Assembly: GCA_036351155.1 (NCBI GenBank)
Contig: JAZBOO010000327.1
Coordinates: forward strand, 1 to 28,754
Length of the DNA stretch: 28,754 nt
Origin: Candidatus Krumholzibacteriia bacterium
GTDB taxonomy: Bacteria > Krumholzibacteriota > Krumholzibacteriia > LZORAL124-64-63
Reading direction: 5' to 3'
Under the pieces are notes generated by a model that was not told the DNA's origin, ran no database searches, and saw only the letters and a list, made by a program, of their open reading frames with translations. Positions within the stretch are counted from its first letter, which is position 1, and each line of letters starts with the position of its first letter. Position numbers and translations under genes: made by a program. Shown here piece by piece: positions 1-8,949 of this stretch.

Positions 1-710
1 ACCCCGAGCGCAGCTACCGGATTCTCTGGGGTGTGGATTTCGAAAAGTTTCGCCCCTTCGATGCCACACACTGGCGCCGTGAGCTGGGTTTTGCTGACGA
101 CCACATCCTGTACTTCTCACCTCGCAGCTACACCCAGCCTTATTACAACATCGACACGGTGATCGCCGCGGCGGTCAAGGTACGGGCCGTCGAACCGCGG
201 GCGCGCTTTCTTTTTGCCGGCTACGAGGGCGATCCCGAGCCCTTCCGGGAGATGGCGCGGGAGGCCGGGATCGAGGACGTCATGGCCATGGTTGGGCGCC
301 TGCCTCACGAGGAGTTCGCCACGGCCCTCAATGCCTGCGATGTCTTCATCAGTGTGCCCTCGGTGGATGCGACCGCGGTGAGCCTGCTGGAGGCCATGTC
401 CTGCGCCTCCGGGGTGATCATCAGCAATCTGGCTTCCTCGGTGGAGTGGGTGACGGACGGTGAGTCGGGGCTGGTGGTTCCTCCGCGCGATGCCGAGGCC
501 CTGGCGGACGCGATGCTCCGCTTTGCCCGCGATGAGGATTTCAGGCATCGAGCCGGCCAGAAGGCACTGGAATCTGCCCGCACCCACGCCGGCTTCGAGG
601 CCAACATGCGGCACGTGGACACCCTGTTTCGCCAGCTGGTCGAGGGAAAGGGAGCAGGGCCTCGCGAGGTCTGCCTTTCCCGTCTGGATGGCCCCGGAGG
701 ACCCTCGTGA
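1..710 (+). CDS. Glycosyltransferase family 4 (GT-B), 5'-truncated by window edge
   Basis: Frame is open from position 3 (PERSYRILWGVDFEKFRP), so the GTG at 33 is not the true start. GT4 C-terminal motifs: DVFISVPSVDATAVSLLEAMSC, VTDGESGLVVPPRDAEALADAM. Confidence 0.9.
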   Translation, partial: PERSYRILWGVDFEKFRPFDATHWRRELGFADDHILYFSPRSYTQPYYNIDTVIAAAVKVRAVEPRARFLFAGYEGDPEPFREMAREAGIEDVMAMVGRLPHEEFATALNACDVFISVPSVDATAVSLLEAMSCASGVIISNLASSVEWVTDGESGLVVPPRDAEALADAMLRFARDEDFRHRAGQKALESARTHAGFEANMRHVDTLFRQLVEGKGAGPREVCLSRLDGPGGPS

Positions 711-1681
711 GCGGGCAGCCAGATCAGCCAGATCTCTCGGTTGTGATTCCCACCATGAACAAGGTGGAGCTTTTGCGCCAGACCCTGGAGGCTGTGCTGG
801 AGCAGGACCCCGGCCCAGGGCGGAGTTTCGAGGTGGTGGTGGTGGATGACGGGAGCACCGATGGGACGGCGGCTTTCCTGGCCTCTCGACCCGAGGAGGG
901 TCGTCTGCGACCGGTGACCCCCGGAAAGAACGTGGGGCGTGCCCGGGCGCGGAACTTCGGAGCCCAGCAGGCCCGTGGGCAATGGATTCTTTTTCTGGAC
1001 GACGACATCATTGCTCCTCCTGGTCTCCTGAAGGCCCACCTGGACCTGCTGGAAGCCCATCCGGGTGCTGGGACCATTGGCTATGCGGTGACGGACCCGG
1101 ACCTGATCGACGCGCCACACTTCCACTACCTGGACACCCGCGGGGTGGCCCGTCTCGACCCTGGACCGGCCCCGGGCAGGTACTTCGTCACCCAGAACGC
1201 TGCGGTGCCCCGCGCGGCGTTTCAAAGAATCGGGGGCTTCGACGAGGGTTTTTCCGGGTACGGTTTCGAGGACATGGAGGTGGCTTTCCGGCTGGAAGAC
1301 CAGGCCGGGGTCCATTTTTTTGCCCTGACCGCGCCGGTGCCTCGACATGTCCATCACCATACCAGCGCCCAGTACTTCGACAAGAAGCGAGAGTGTGGCC
1401 GGCAGTCCCTGCGGCATATCGCCCGGCTTCATCCTCGGCGCATCCCGGAAATGCAGCTTCATCACGTGATTGATCACGAGGGTCAGGTGGCCCCTGGGTT
1501 GACGGGGCGCGCGATCCGGTTTCTGGCCGGCACCACCCTGGGGCGTGACTTGCCCCGGTGGCTGGAAAAGTGGCCGGTGGGGGACCGGAACTTCCCTCTG
1601 CTGGCGCCTCTTTACTACCGCCTGATGAGCCTGGCGGTCCTGCTTTCCTTCCGTCAGGGTGTGACAGACCGTCAAGATTAA
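707..1681 (+). CDS. Glycosyltransferase family 2 (GT-A)
   Basis: LSVVIPTMN, EVVVVDDGSTDGT, ARARNFGA, ILFLDDD (DxD), GGFDEGFSGYGFEDMEV. GTGA start/stop overlap with the upstream gene; GGAGG RBS. Confidence 0.93.
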   Translation: MSGQPDQPDLSVVIPTMNKVELLRQTLEAVLEQDPGPGRSFEVVVVDDGSTDGTAAFLASRPEEGRLRPVTPGKNVGRARARNFGAQQARGQWILFLDDDIIAPPGLLKAHLDLLEAHPGAGTIGYAVTDPDLIDAPHFHYLDTRGVARLDPGPAPGRYFVTQNAAVPRAAFQRIGGFDEGFSGYGFEDMEVAFRLEDQAGVHFFALTAPVPRHVHHHTSAQYFDKKRECGRQSLRHIARLHPRRIPEMQLHHVIDHEGQVAPGLTGRAIRFLAGTTLGRDLPRWLEKWPVGDRNFPLLAPLYYRLMSLAVLLSFRQGVTDRQD

Positions 1682-1703
1682 TGCCTGAATGGCATGTCCA
1701 GTA

Positions 1704-1828
1704 TGTCACAATGACAGGCGTGGTGCGCCACACTTTTTTCTTCGCTCACCTTTGACCCGTTTAAATTGTTGTAGAAAAATGGCTTAACTAATTTTCTGAT
1801 CAATTGTATCTCGGGCATGGGGCTTGTT
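1704..1828 (+). promoter_or_regulatory. Possible sigma-54-type promoter region of dnaK (palindrome, IHF-like tract, -24/-12-like box)
   Basis: TGTCA-caa-TGACA at 1704-1716; AT-rich TAAATTGTTGTAGAAAAATGGCTTA at 1762-1786; CGGGCATGGGGCTTGTT at 1812-1828 (GG-N10-GT instead of GG-N10-GC). Confidence 0.35.
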
Positions 1829-1844
1829 ATAGCAATACCGATGA

Positions 1845-3803
<1,959 letters not shown>

Positions 3804-3834
3804 TTAACAATAATGGTTGACTGTTTTCAATAGA

Positions 3835-3880
3835 GTGGTATGGTCGGATGCCGGGCAATGCCCCGACATCCGACCACCAC
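3835..3880 (+). other. Long stem-loop downstream of dnaK (possible terminator or 3' stabiliser; no U-tract)
   Basis: TGGTCGGATG (3841-3850) pairs perfectly with CATCCGACCA (3867-3876), extended by GTGG/CCAC and an inner GGGC/GCCC. Confidence 0.6.
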
Positions 3881-3938
3881 ACCGTCCGGTTCGGTCCTTG
3901 GCAACAATTTCGCTAGAGAAAGAGGACCAAAATAGTCT

Positions 3939-3967
3939 TTGACGGAGTGGTTCCCTTTTGATAATCT
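3939..3967 (+). promoter_or_regulatory. Candidate sigma-70 promoter upstream of the sigma factor gene
   Basis: TTGACG (3939-3944)-N17-TAATCT (3962-3967). Confidence 0.35.
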
Positions 3968-4020
3968 TTTTCAGGAACCAAACCGGATAGGCTGTTGTAC
4001 AAGCCAAACGGTGGATTTGC

Positions 4021-4047
4021 TAAAGTTTTCGGGGTTTTTGACGAAAA
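4021..4047 (+). promoter_or_regulatory. Candidate sigma-28 (FliA/WhiG-like) promoter
   Basis: TAAAGTTT-N11-GACGAAAA versus consensus TAAAGTTT-N11-GCCGATAA (8/8 and 6/8). Confidence 0.4.
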
Positions 4048-4068
4048 CTGAAAATTCGTCTTGTTTCT

Positions 4069-4094
4069 TGAAACCGGTTCGTATATATTCCGTA
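4069..4094 (+). promoter_or_regulatory. Candidate ECF sigma promoter
   Basis: TGAAAC (4069-4074)-N16-CGTA (4091-4094), an exact match to the SigW-type consensus. Confidence 0.45.
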
Positions 4095-4225
4095 TAGAAA
4101 CGGTACAGGAAAAATATAGACGAACACAGCTGGCAAGCCAAAAATCTTCCTGTTCCTTCGCTCCAGCGGGGCAGGTCGACATAAATCGGGGAATCGCCCA
4201 GAGGGCAGTAACGGGAGGACGCAGA

Positions 4226-5080
4226 GTGTACGAAGTGGAACTCAGCAGTGACCGGAGAGAAGATCACAGCCTCCAGCACTATTTGCAGACAATCGGCAAG
4301 CACCGGTTGTTGACCCGCGAGGAAGAATTCGAACTGGCCACGAGGATTCGCGGCGGCGACAAGGCCGCCCTGGACCGGCTGGTCAATTCCAACCTGCGGT
4401 TCGTGGTCAGCGTGGCCAAGAAGTTCCTGAACCAGGGACTCAGCTACATGGATCTGATCGCCGAGGGCAACATCGGCCTGATCACCGCCGCCAAGCGTTT
4501 CGATGAGCGCCGGGAGTTCCGGTTCATCAGCTACGCGGTGTGGTGGATTCGCCAGGCCATCCAGAAGGCCATCGCCGAGCAGACCAACACCGTGCGTTTG
4601 CCCATCAACCGCAGCCAGCAGGCCCAGCGGATGAAGCGCGTGTCGCAGCAGCTCGAGCAGAAGTTCCAGCGCAACGTGGCCGAGGACGAAATTGCCGAGC
4701 AGATGGAACTGGATCCTCGCAAGATGAACCAGATCCGTGCCGCCAGCAAGCCCCTGGTCAGCCTGGACAAGCCGCTGTACGAGGACGATGTGACCCTGGC
4801 CGACACCTTGAGCGATCCCGGTGATCTGACGCCGGACGACCGCTACGTGGCCGGTGAACTGGTGGACGAGCTGGCCGATGCCATGAGCCTGCTGTCGCCC
4901 CGGGAGAAGGACATCGTCACCCGGTACTACGGGCTGGGCTCGGAGGAGACCTCCTCTCTGGAGACCATCGGACAGGATATCAACCTGTCCCGTGAGCGCG
5001 TGCGCCAGATCCGAAACCAGGCCCTGAGCAAGATGCGCCAGCACGGCCACGGCGAACGCCTGGTCGACTATCTGACCTGA
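4226..5080 (+). CDS. RNA polymerase sigma-70 family factor, RpoD/SigA-like without region 1.1 (284 aa)
   Basis: Region 1.2 SLQHYLQTIGKHRLLTREEE; region 2 NLRFVVSVAKK, DLIAEGNIGLITAAKRFD, FISYAVWWIRQAI; region 4 SLETIG...SRERVRQI. Start reassigned to GTG 4226 (GGAGG at 4214-4218); the ORF-track extension from 4061 lies in AT-rich intergenic DNA. Confidence 0.95.
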   Translation: MYEVELSSDRREDHSLQHYLQTIGKHRLLTREEEFELATRIRGGDKAALDRLVNSNLRFVVSVAKKFLNQGLSYMDLIAEGNIGLITAAKRFDERREFRFISYAVWWIRQAIQKAIAEQTNTVRLPINRSQQAQRMKRVSQQLEQKFQRNVAEDEIAEQMELDPRKMNQIRAASKPLVSLDKPLYEDDVTLADTLSDPGDLTPDDRYVAGELVDELADAMSLLSPREKDIVTRYYGLGSEETSSLETIGQDINLSRERVRQIRNQALSKMRQHGHGERLVDYLT

Positions 5081-5116
5081 TCGAAACCTGCTGCCCCGGA
5101 TCACGCGGATTTTCCG

Positions 5117-5146
5117 TTGACATTATCCGGGGCAGTGGTTTTATTT
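5117..5146 (+). promoter_or_regulatory. Probable sigma-70 promoter of tRNA-Val
   Basis: Perfect TTGACA at 5117-5122, about 35 nt before the tRNA; the -10 region is AT-rich but degenerate (TTTTATT). Confidence 0.5.
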
Positions 5147-5157
5147 GCGCGTCCTGG

Positions 5158-5236
5158 GGGCGATTAGCTCAGTTTTGGTTAGAGCGCTTGTTTGACAGAC
5201 AAGAGGTCACTGGTTCGAATCCAGTATCGCCCACCA
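5158..5236 (+). tRNA. tRNA-Val (anticodon GAC)
   Basis: Acceptor GGGCGAT/ATCGCCC followed by ACCA; D stem GCTC/GAGC; anticodon arm CTTGT-TTGACAG-ACAAG; T arm ACTGG-TTCGAAT-CCAGT. Confidence 0.97.
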
Positions 5237-5250
5237 TGCAAGATTGACGG

Positions 5251-5280
5251 AAGGACCTGCCCTGTGGCGGGTCCTTTTGT
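5251..5280 (+). terminator. Intrinsic terminator after tRNA-Val
   Basis: AAGGACCTGCC-ctgt-GGCGGGTCCTT followed by TTGT. Confidence 0.75.
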
Positions 5281-5357
5281 CTTGATCCGGAATACGAGTT
5301 CCCGATTGCGAGCCCTGTCCAAAAAGCCTATTTTGGCCCCTCAAGTTCTTTTGCCTC

Positions 5358-5381
5358 AGTCCCGGGTTTGTGGCCGGGACT
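5358..5381 (+). promoter_or_regulatory. thrS leader hairpin, candidate tRNA-Thr anticodon-mimic operator
   Basis: AGTCCCGG-GTTTGTGG-CCGGGACT, ending 11 nt upstream of the AAGGA RBS (5393-5397); the loop contains U-UGU. Confidence 0.5.
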
Positions 5382-5406
5382 TCACTATTTCCAAGGATGA
5401 AACGAC

Positions 5407-7326
5407 ATGTCACAGCTGAATCTGAAACTCCCCGACGGCAACGTGCTGCAGCTCGAAGAAGGTCGCCCTTACGGGGATGCCGTCAAGCAGATCGGTGAGG
5501 GGCTGTTCCGCAACGCCCTGGCGGTGACTGTCAATGGAACTCATCACCCGCTGGACGAGGCCGCCTCCACCGGGGGCGACCTGAAGGTCATCACCAAGAA
5601 CAGCGATGAAGGACTGCAGACCCTGCGCCACAGCGTGGCGCACCTGATGGCCTGGGCGGTGCAGGACCTGTATCCCGGCGTGAAGTTTGCCTTCGGTCCG
5701 GCCATCGAATCCGGCTTCTACTATGACTTCGATCGCGGCGAGCCTTTCACCGAGGAGGAGCTGGCCACCATCGAGAAGCGCATGTCCGAACTGGCCCAGC
5801 AGAAGGTCCCCGTGGTGCGCGAGGTGGTGACTCCCCAGCAGGCCAAGGCCATGTTCGCCGACCAGCCGTACAAGATGGCCCAGATCGAGGACCTGGAGGG
5901 GGAGGAGCTGTCCATCTATCGCATGGGCGAGTTCACCGACTTCTGCGAGGGGCCCCACGTACCGGACAGCAAGGACCTGAAGGCCTTCAAGCTGCTCAAC
6001 GTGTCGGCGGCTCACTGGGCCAAGGACCACAGCGCGCCCATGCTGCAGCGTATTTACGGCACCGCCTTCTTCAAGAAGAAGGATCTGGACGAGCACCTGG
6101 TCATGCTGGAGGAGGCCAAGAAGCGCGATCACCGCAAGCTGGGGCGCGAGCTGGACCTGTTCGGGATCCACGAAGAGGCCGGTTCCGGCCTGAGCTTCTG
6201 GTATCCGCGGGGCGACATCCTGCGTGAACAGATCATGGATTTCTGGAAGCAGATCCACCGGGAGCGCGGCTACCGCACAGTCACCACCCCGCACATCTTC
6301 CAGGCGGGTCTGTGGGAAACCAGCGGGCACATGCAGTTCTACCGGGACGACATGTATGTCTTCGAGCAGGACGGCAAGCCCATGGTGGTCAAGCCGATGA
6401 ACTGCCCCGGACACATCCTGATGTACAAGCGCAAGACCCGTGGGTACCGCAGTCTGCCGGTCCGGCTGGCCGAGCTGGGGACCGTCTACCGTGCCGAGGA
6501 TCCCGGAGCGTTGCACGGTCTGCTGCGTGTGCGCGGATTCACCCAGGACGACGCCCACATCTTCTGCACTCCGGCCCAGCTGGAGGACGAGGTGGCCGGT
6601 TGCATCCAGCTGGTGAAGGACATCCTGGGCACTTTCGGTTTCCACGAATTCAAGGTGGAGCTGTCGGTGCGCGACAGCCAGGACACCAGCAAGTATGCCG
6701 GTACCGACGAGGAGTGGGAGATGGCCGAGGCCTCGCTGGTCAAGGCTCTCGAGAAAGCCGATCTCGATTACACCCGTGAGGAGGGTGAGGCCGTTTTCTA
6801 CGGCCCGAAGATCGACGTCAAGCTCATCGACGCTCTGGGCCGGAAATGGCAGACCAGCACCATCCAGTTCGATTTCAACCTGCCCCGGCGCTTCGATGTG
6901 ACCTACACCGACAGCGACGGCCAGGACAAGTACGTGTACATGGTGCACCGGGCCATTCTGGGGTCCCTGGAGCGGTTCATCGGGGTCATCACCGAGCATT
7001 TTGCCGGCGATTTCCCCATGTGGCTGGCCCCCGAGCAGGTGAGGGTCATGAGCGTCAGCCGCGACCAGCACGATTACGCCCAGGAAGTGGCCGCCAGGCT
7101 GCAGAAAGCCGGGATCCGCGCCGAATCCGACGTGCGGGACGAGAAAATCGGGTTCAAGATCCGCGAGGCCGAAGTTTTGCGGGTGCCCTGGATGCTGGTG
7201 GTCGGTGGCCGGGAGATGGAAAATGGAGAAGTGGCCCTGCGGATCCGCCACCAGGGGGACCAGGGGTCCAAGCCCGTCCAGACGGTCATTGACGATCTCC
7301 TTGACGTTGTGGCCACCAAGGGTTAA
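5407..7326 (+). CDS. thrS: Threonine--tRNA ligase
   Basis: TGS N-terminus, RHSVAHLMA editing motif, DFCEGPHVP, RDHRKLG, KPMNCPGH, RVRGFTQDDAH, FYGPKID, HRAILGSLERF. Confidence 0.99.
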   Translation: MSQLNLKLPDGNVLQLEEGRPYGDAVKQIGEGLFRNALAVTVNGTHHPLDEAASTGGDLKVITKNSDEGLQTLRHSVAHLMAWAVQDLYPGVKFAFGPAIESGFYYDFDRGEPFTEEELATIEKRMSELAQQKVPVVREVVTPQQAKAMFADQPYKMAQIEDLEGEELSIYRMGEFTDFCEGPHVPDSKDLKAFKLLNVSAAHWAKDHSAPMLQRIYGTAFFKKKDLDEHLVMLEEAKKRDHRKLGRELDLFGIHEEAGSGLSFWYPRGDILREQIMDFWKQIHRERGYRTVTTPHIFQAGLWETSGHMQFYRDDMYVFEQDGKPMVVKPMNCPGHILMYKRKTRGYRSLPVRLAELGTVYRAEDPGALHGLLRVRGFTQDDAHIFCTPAQLEDEVAGCIQLVKDILGTFGFHEFKVELSVRDSQDTSKYAGTDEEWEMAEASLVKALEKADLDYTREEGEAVFYGPKIDVKLIDALGRKWQTSTIQFDFNLPRRFDVTYTDSDGQDKYVYMVHRAILGSLERFIGVITEHFAGDFPMWLAPEQVRVMSVSRDQHDYAQEVAARLQKAGIRAESDVRDEKIGFKIREAEVLRVPWMLVVGGREMENGEVALRIRHQGDQGSKPVQTVIDDLLDVVATKG

Positions 7327-7380
7327 TTTGTCTCAAAACTTGTGCTGACCGGAAGAGGGGTTCTTCCGGCAGATGATTCA

Positions 7381-7485
7381 AGAAGAGGTCCGCCCTCTCA
7401 CCGTATTTGGCCCGCAGTGCCTTCTGGCCCGGGACCGGAGCGGTTATCCAGACCCCAGGGCGGACCATTGTGTCCGCTTTTTTTT
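7381..7485 (+). ncRNA. Ribosomal protein L20 leader-like cis-regulatory RNA (attenuator) upstream of infC-rpmI-rplT
   Basis: AGAAGAGG-TCCGC-CCTCTCACC resembles the 5' hairpin of the Bacillus-type L20 leader (as recalled). GGTCCGCCCT (7387-7396) is fully complementary to AGGGCGGACC (7457-7466), which contains the 5' arm of the downstream terminator. Confidence 0.75.
7460..7485 (+). terminator. Intrinsic (attenuator) terminator before infC
   Basis: GCGGAC-cattgt-GTCCGC followed by 8 T. Confidence 0.8.
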
Positions 7486-7533
7486 GTGCCCATGGGCACG
7501 TGCGGATGAAACGCGAACCAGGAGGTAGGGCTT

Positions 7534-8055
7534 ATCAAGGGAACCAAGGTGACCCGGATCAACCGGATGATCAGAATCCCAAAGGTTCTGGTTGTAGATG
7601 AAGAAGGCGAGCAACTCGGAATCCTGGACACGAACGAAGCATTGCGGCTGGCTGAAGAGAAGGGACTCGACCTGGTCGAGGTGGCCCCTGGAGCCCGTCC
7701 GCCCGTATGTCGCATCATGGACTACGGCAAGTTCAAGTATGAGCAGAGCAAGAAGGCCCGCAAGGCCCGGCAGGCTTCTCATACGGTCAAGATCAAGACC
7801 ATCCAGTTCCGACCCAAAACGGACGACCACGATTACCAGTTCAAGAAGAAGCACATCATCAGCTTCCTCGAGGCAGGTAACAAGGTGAAGGTTGTCATGC
7901 GGTTCCGCGGCAGGGAAATCACCCACCTGGACCTGGCTCTGGAATTCCTCGAGCATCTGAACGAGGAACTGAAGGAGTACGGTTCGCCTGAAAGCAGGCC
8001 GCAGCGGGAAGGTCGTCAGATCAGTTTCGTCATCGCTCCCAACAAGGCCCGTTGA
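7534..8055 (+). CDS. infC: Translation initiation factor IF-3, non-canonical ATC start
   Basis: RINRMIR, GLDLVEVAP..PPVCRIMDYGKFKYE, GNKVKVVMRFRGRE. GGAGGT (7521-7526) lies 7 nt before an in-frame ATC at 7534. Confidence 0.97.
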   Translation: MKGTKVTRINRMIRIPKVLVVDEEGEQLGILDTNEALRLAEEKGLDLVEVAPGARPPVCRIMDYGKFKYEQSKKARKARQASHTVKIKTIQFRPKTDDHDYQFKKKHIISFLEAGNKVKVVMRFRGREITHLDLALEFLEHLNEELKEYGSPESRPQREGRQISFVIAPNKAR

Positions 8056-8122
8056 GTTCCCGCCTGAGGGCCGGGTTCGCCAGGGCGATGGACCGGTGTG
8101 AAGGATCCGCGGGAGGAAATCA

Positions 8123-8147
8123 GGACGGCCGTGCCGTACGGCCGTCC
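8123..8147 (+). other. Perfect 10-bp hairpin between infC and rpmI
   Basis: GGACGGCCGT-gccgt-ACGGCCGTCC, no U-tract. Confidence 0.6.
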
Positions 8148-8175
8148 GCAAGTCTGAAGTCAGAGAGGCAAGAAC

Positions 8176-8373
8176 ATGGGTAACAAAATGAAGACCAACC
8201 GCGCCGCCGCCAAGCGATTCAAGCTGACCGGCAGCGGAAGGATCAAACGGAGCAAGGCCTACCATGGCCATCTGTTCACCGCCAAGAGCCCCAAGCGCCT
8301 GCGCAACCTGCGCAAGAGCAGCATGCTGGCTTCCTGCGACGAGGCCCGTGCCCGCAAGATGCTGGGCAAGTAG
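8176..8373 (+). CDS. rpmI: 50S ribosomal protein L35
   Basis: KMKTNRAAAKRFKLTGSGRIKR..HLFTAKSPKRLRNLR; position between infC and rplT. Confidence 0.98.
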   Translation: MGNKMKTNRAAAKRFKLTGSGRIKRSKAYHGHLFTAKSPKRLRNLRKSSMLASCDEARARKMLGK

Positions 8374-8471
8374 AACCGTGACCGGGGATGCTGACCCAAC
8401 GGAGCATCCCTTAACCCAGACTGGTCCCGGTTCTGACCGGCACTGGAACAGAAAAGTCAGGAGGCACTGAA

Positions 8472-8825
8472 ATGCCAAGAGCAACAAATAATCCTGCCGC
8501 CAAGCAGCGGAGGAAGAAGTATCTCAAGCGGGCCAAAGGTTTTGTGGGCGGCAAGGGGACCCAGTACCGCCAGGCGCGGGAAACCGTCGATCGCGCCCTG
8601 GCCTACGCCTACCGCGACCGCCGCAACAAGAAGCGGGAATTCCGCCGGTTGTGGATCACCCGCATCAACGCCGCCGCGCGCTTGAATGGCCTGAGCTACA
8701 GTCACTTCATGAACGGCTTGAAGAAGGCCGAGATCGAAGTCGATCGCAAGATGCTGGCTGATCTGGCCGTGACCGACGCCACCGCGTTCAGCAAGCTTGC
8801 CGAAGCCGCCAAGGCCGCCCTTTAA
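8472..8825 (+). CDS. rplT: 50S ribosomal protein L20
   Basis: [44 protein letters not shown]. Confidence 0.99.
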   Translation: MPRATNNPAAKQRRKKYLKRAKGFVGGKGTQYRQARETVDRALAYAYRDRRNKKREFRRLWITRINAAARLNGLSYSHFMNGLKKAEIEVDRKMLADLAVTDATAFSKLAEAAKAAL

Positions 8826-8831
8826 CAGGGG

Positions 8832-8892
8832 CGGCCTGGTCCGATGTCCGGCCCGGGGTGATTGACGCTTCCGGGCCAGGCCGGTCTTTTTT
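8832..8892 (+). terminator. Probable terminator after rplT
   Basis: CGGCCTGGTCCG (8832-8843) pairs with CGGGCCAGGCCG (8872-8883), followed by GTCTTTTTT; an alternative stem GGCCCGG/CCGGGCC is also possible. Confidence 0.55.
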
Positions 8893-8949
8893 CAATCCTC
8901 TTTTTCTTCCGTGATCGGGCCGGTCCCTGCCGGCGGAGGTGATCCAGCC

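Noticed and set aside
1717..1740. Terminator after the GT2 gene
   Set aside because: Only a 4-bp stem (GTGG/CCAC or GGCG/CGCC) precedes the T-run, too weak to call.
4061..4225. N-terminal extension of the sigma factor in the ORF track
   Set aside because: AT-rich and promoter-like with no sigma region 1.1 character; a good RBS supports GTG 4226.
5280..5406. T-box riboswitch upstream of thrS (also looked for before pheS)
   Set aside because: No T-box consensus (TGGNACCGCG) and the leaders are too short.
5410..7251. 613-aa ORF antisense to thrS, and similar long shadows over the sigma gene, pheT, recN and the dehydrogenase
   Set aside because: They mirror GC3-rich genes on the opposite strand and show no recognisable motifs.
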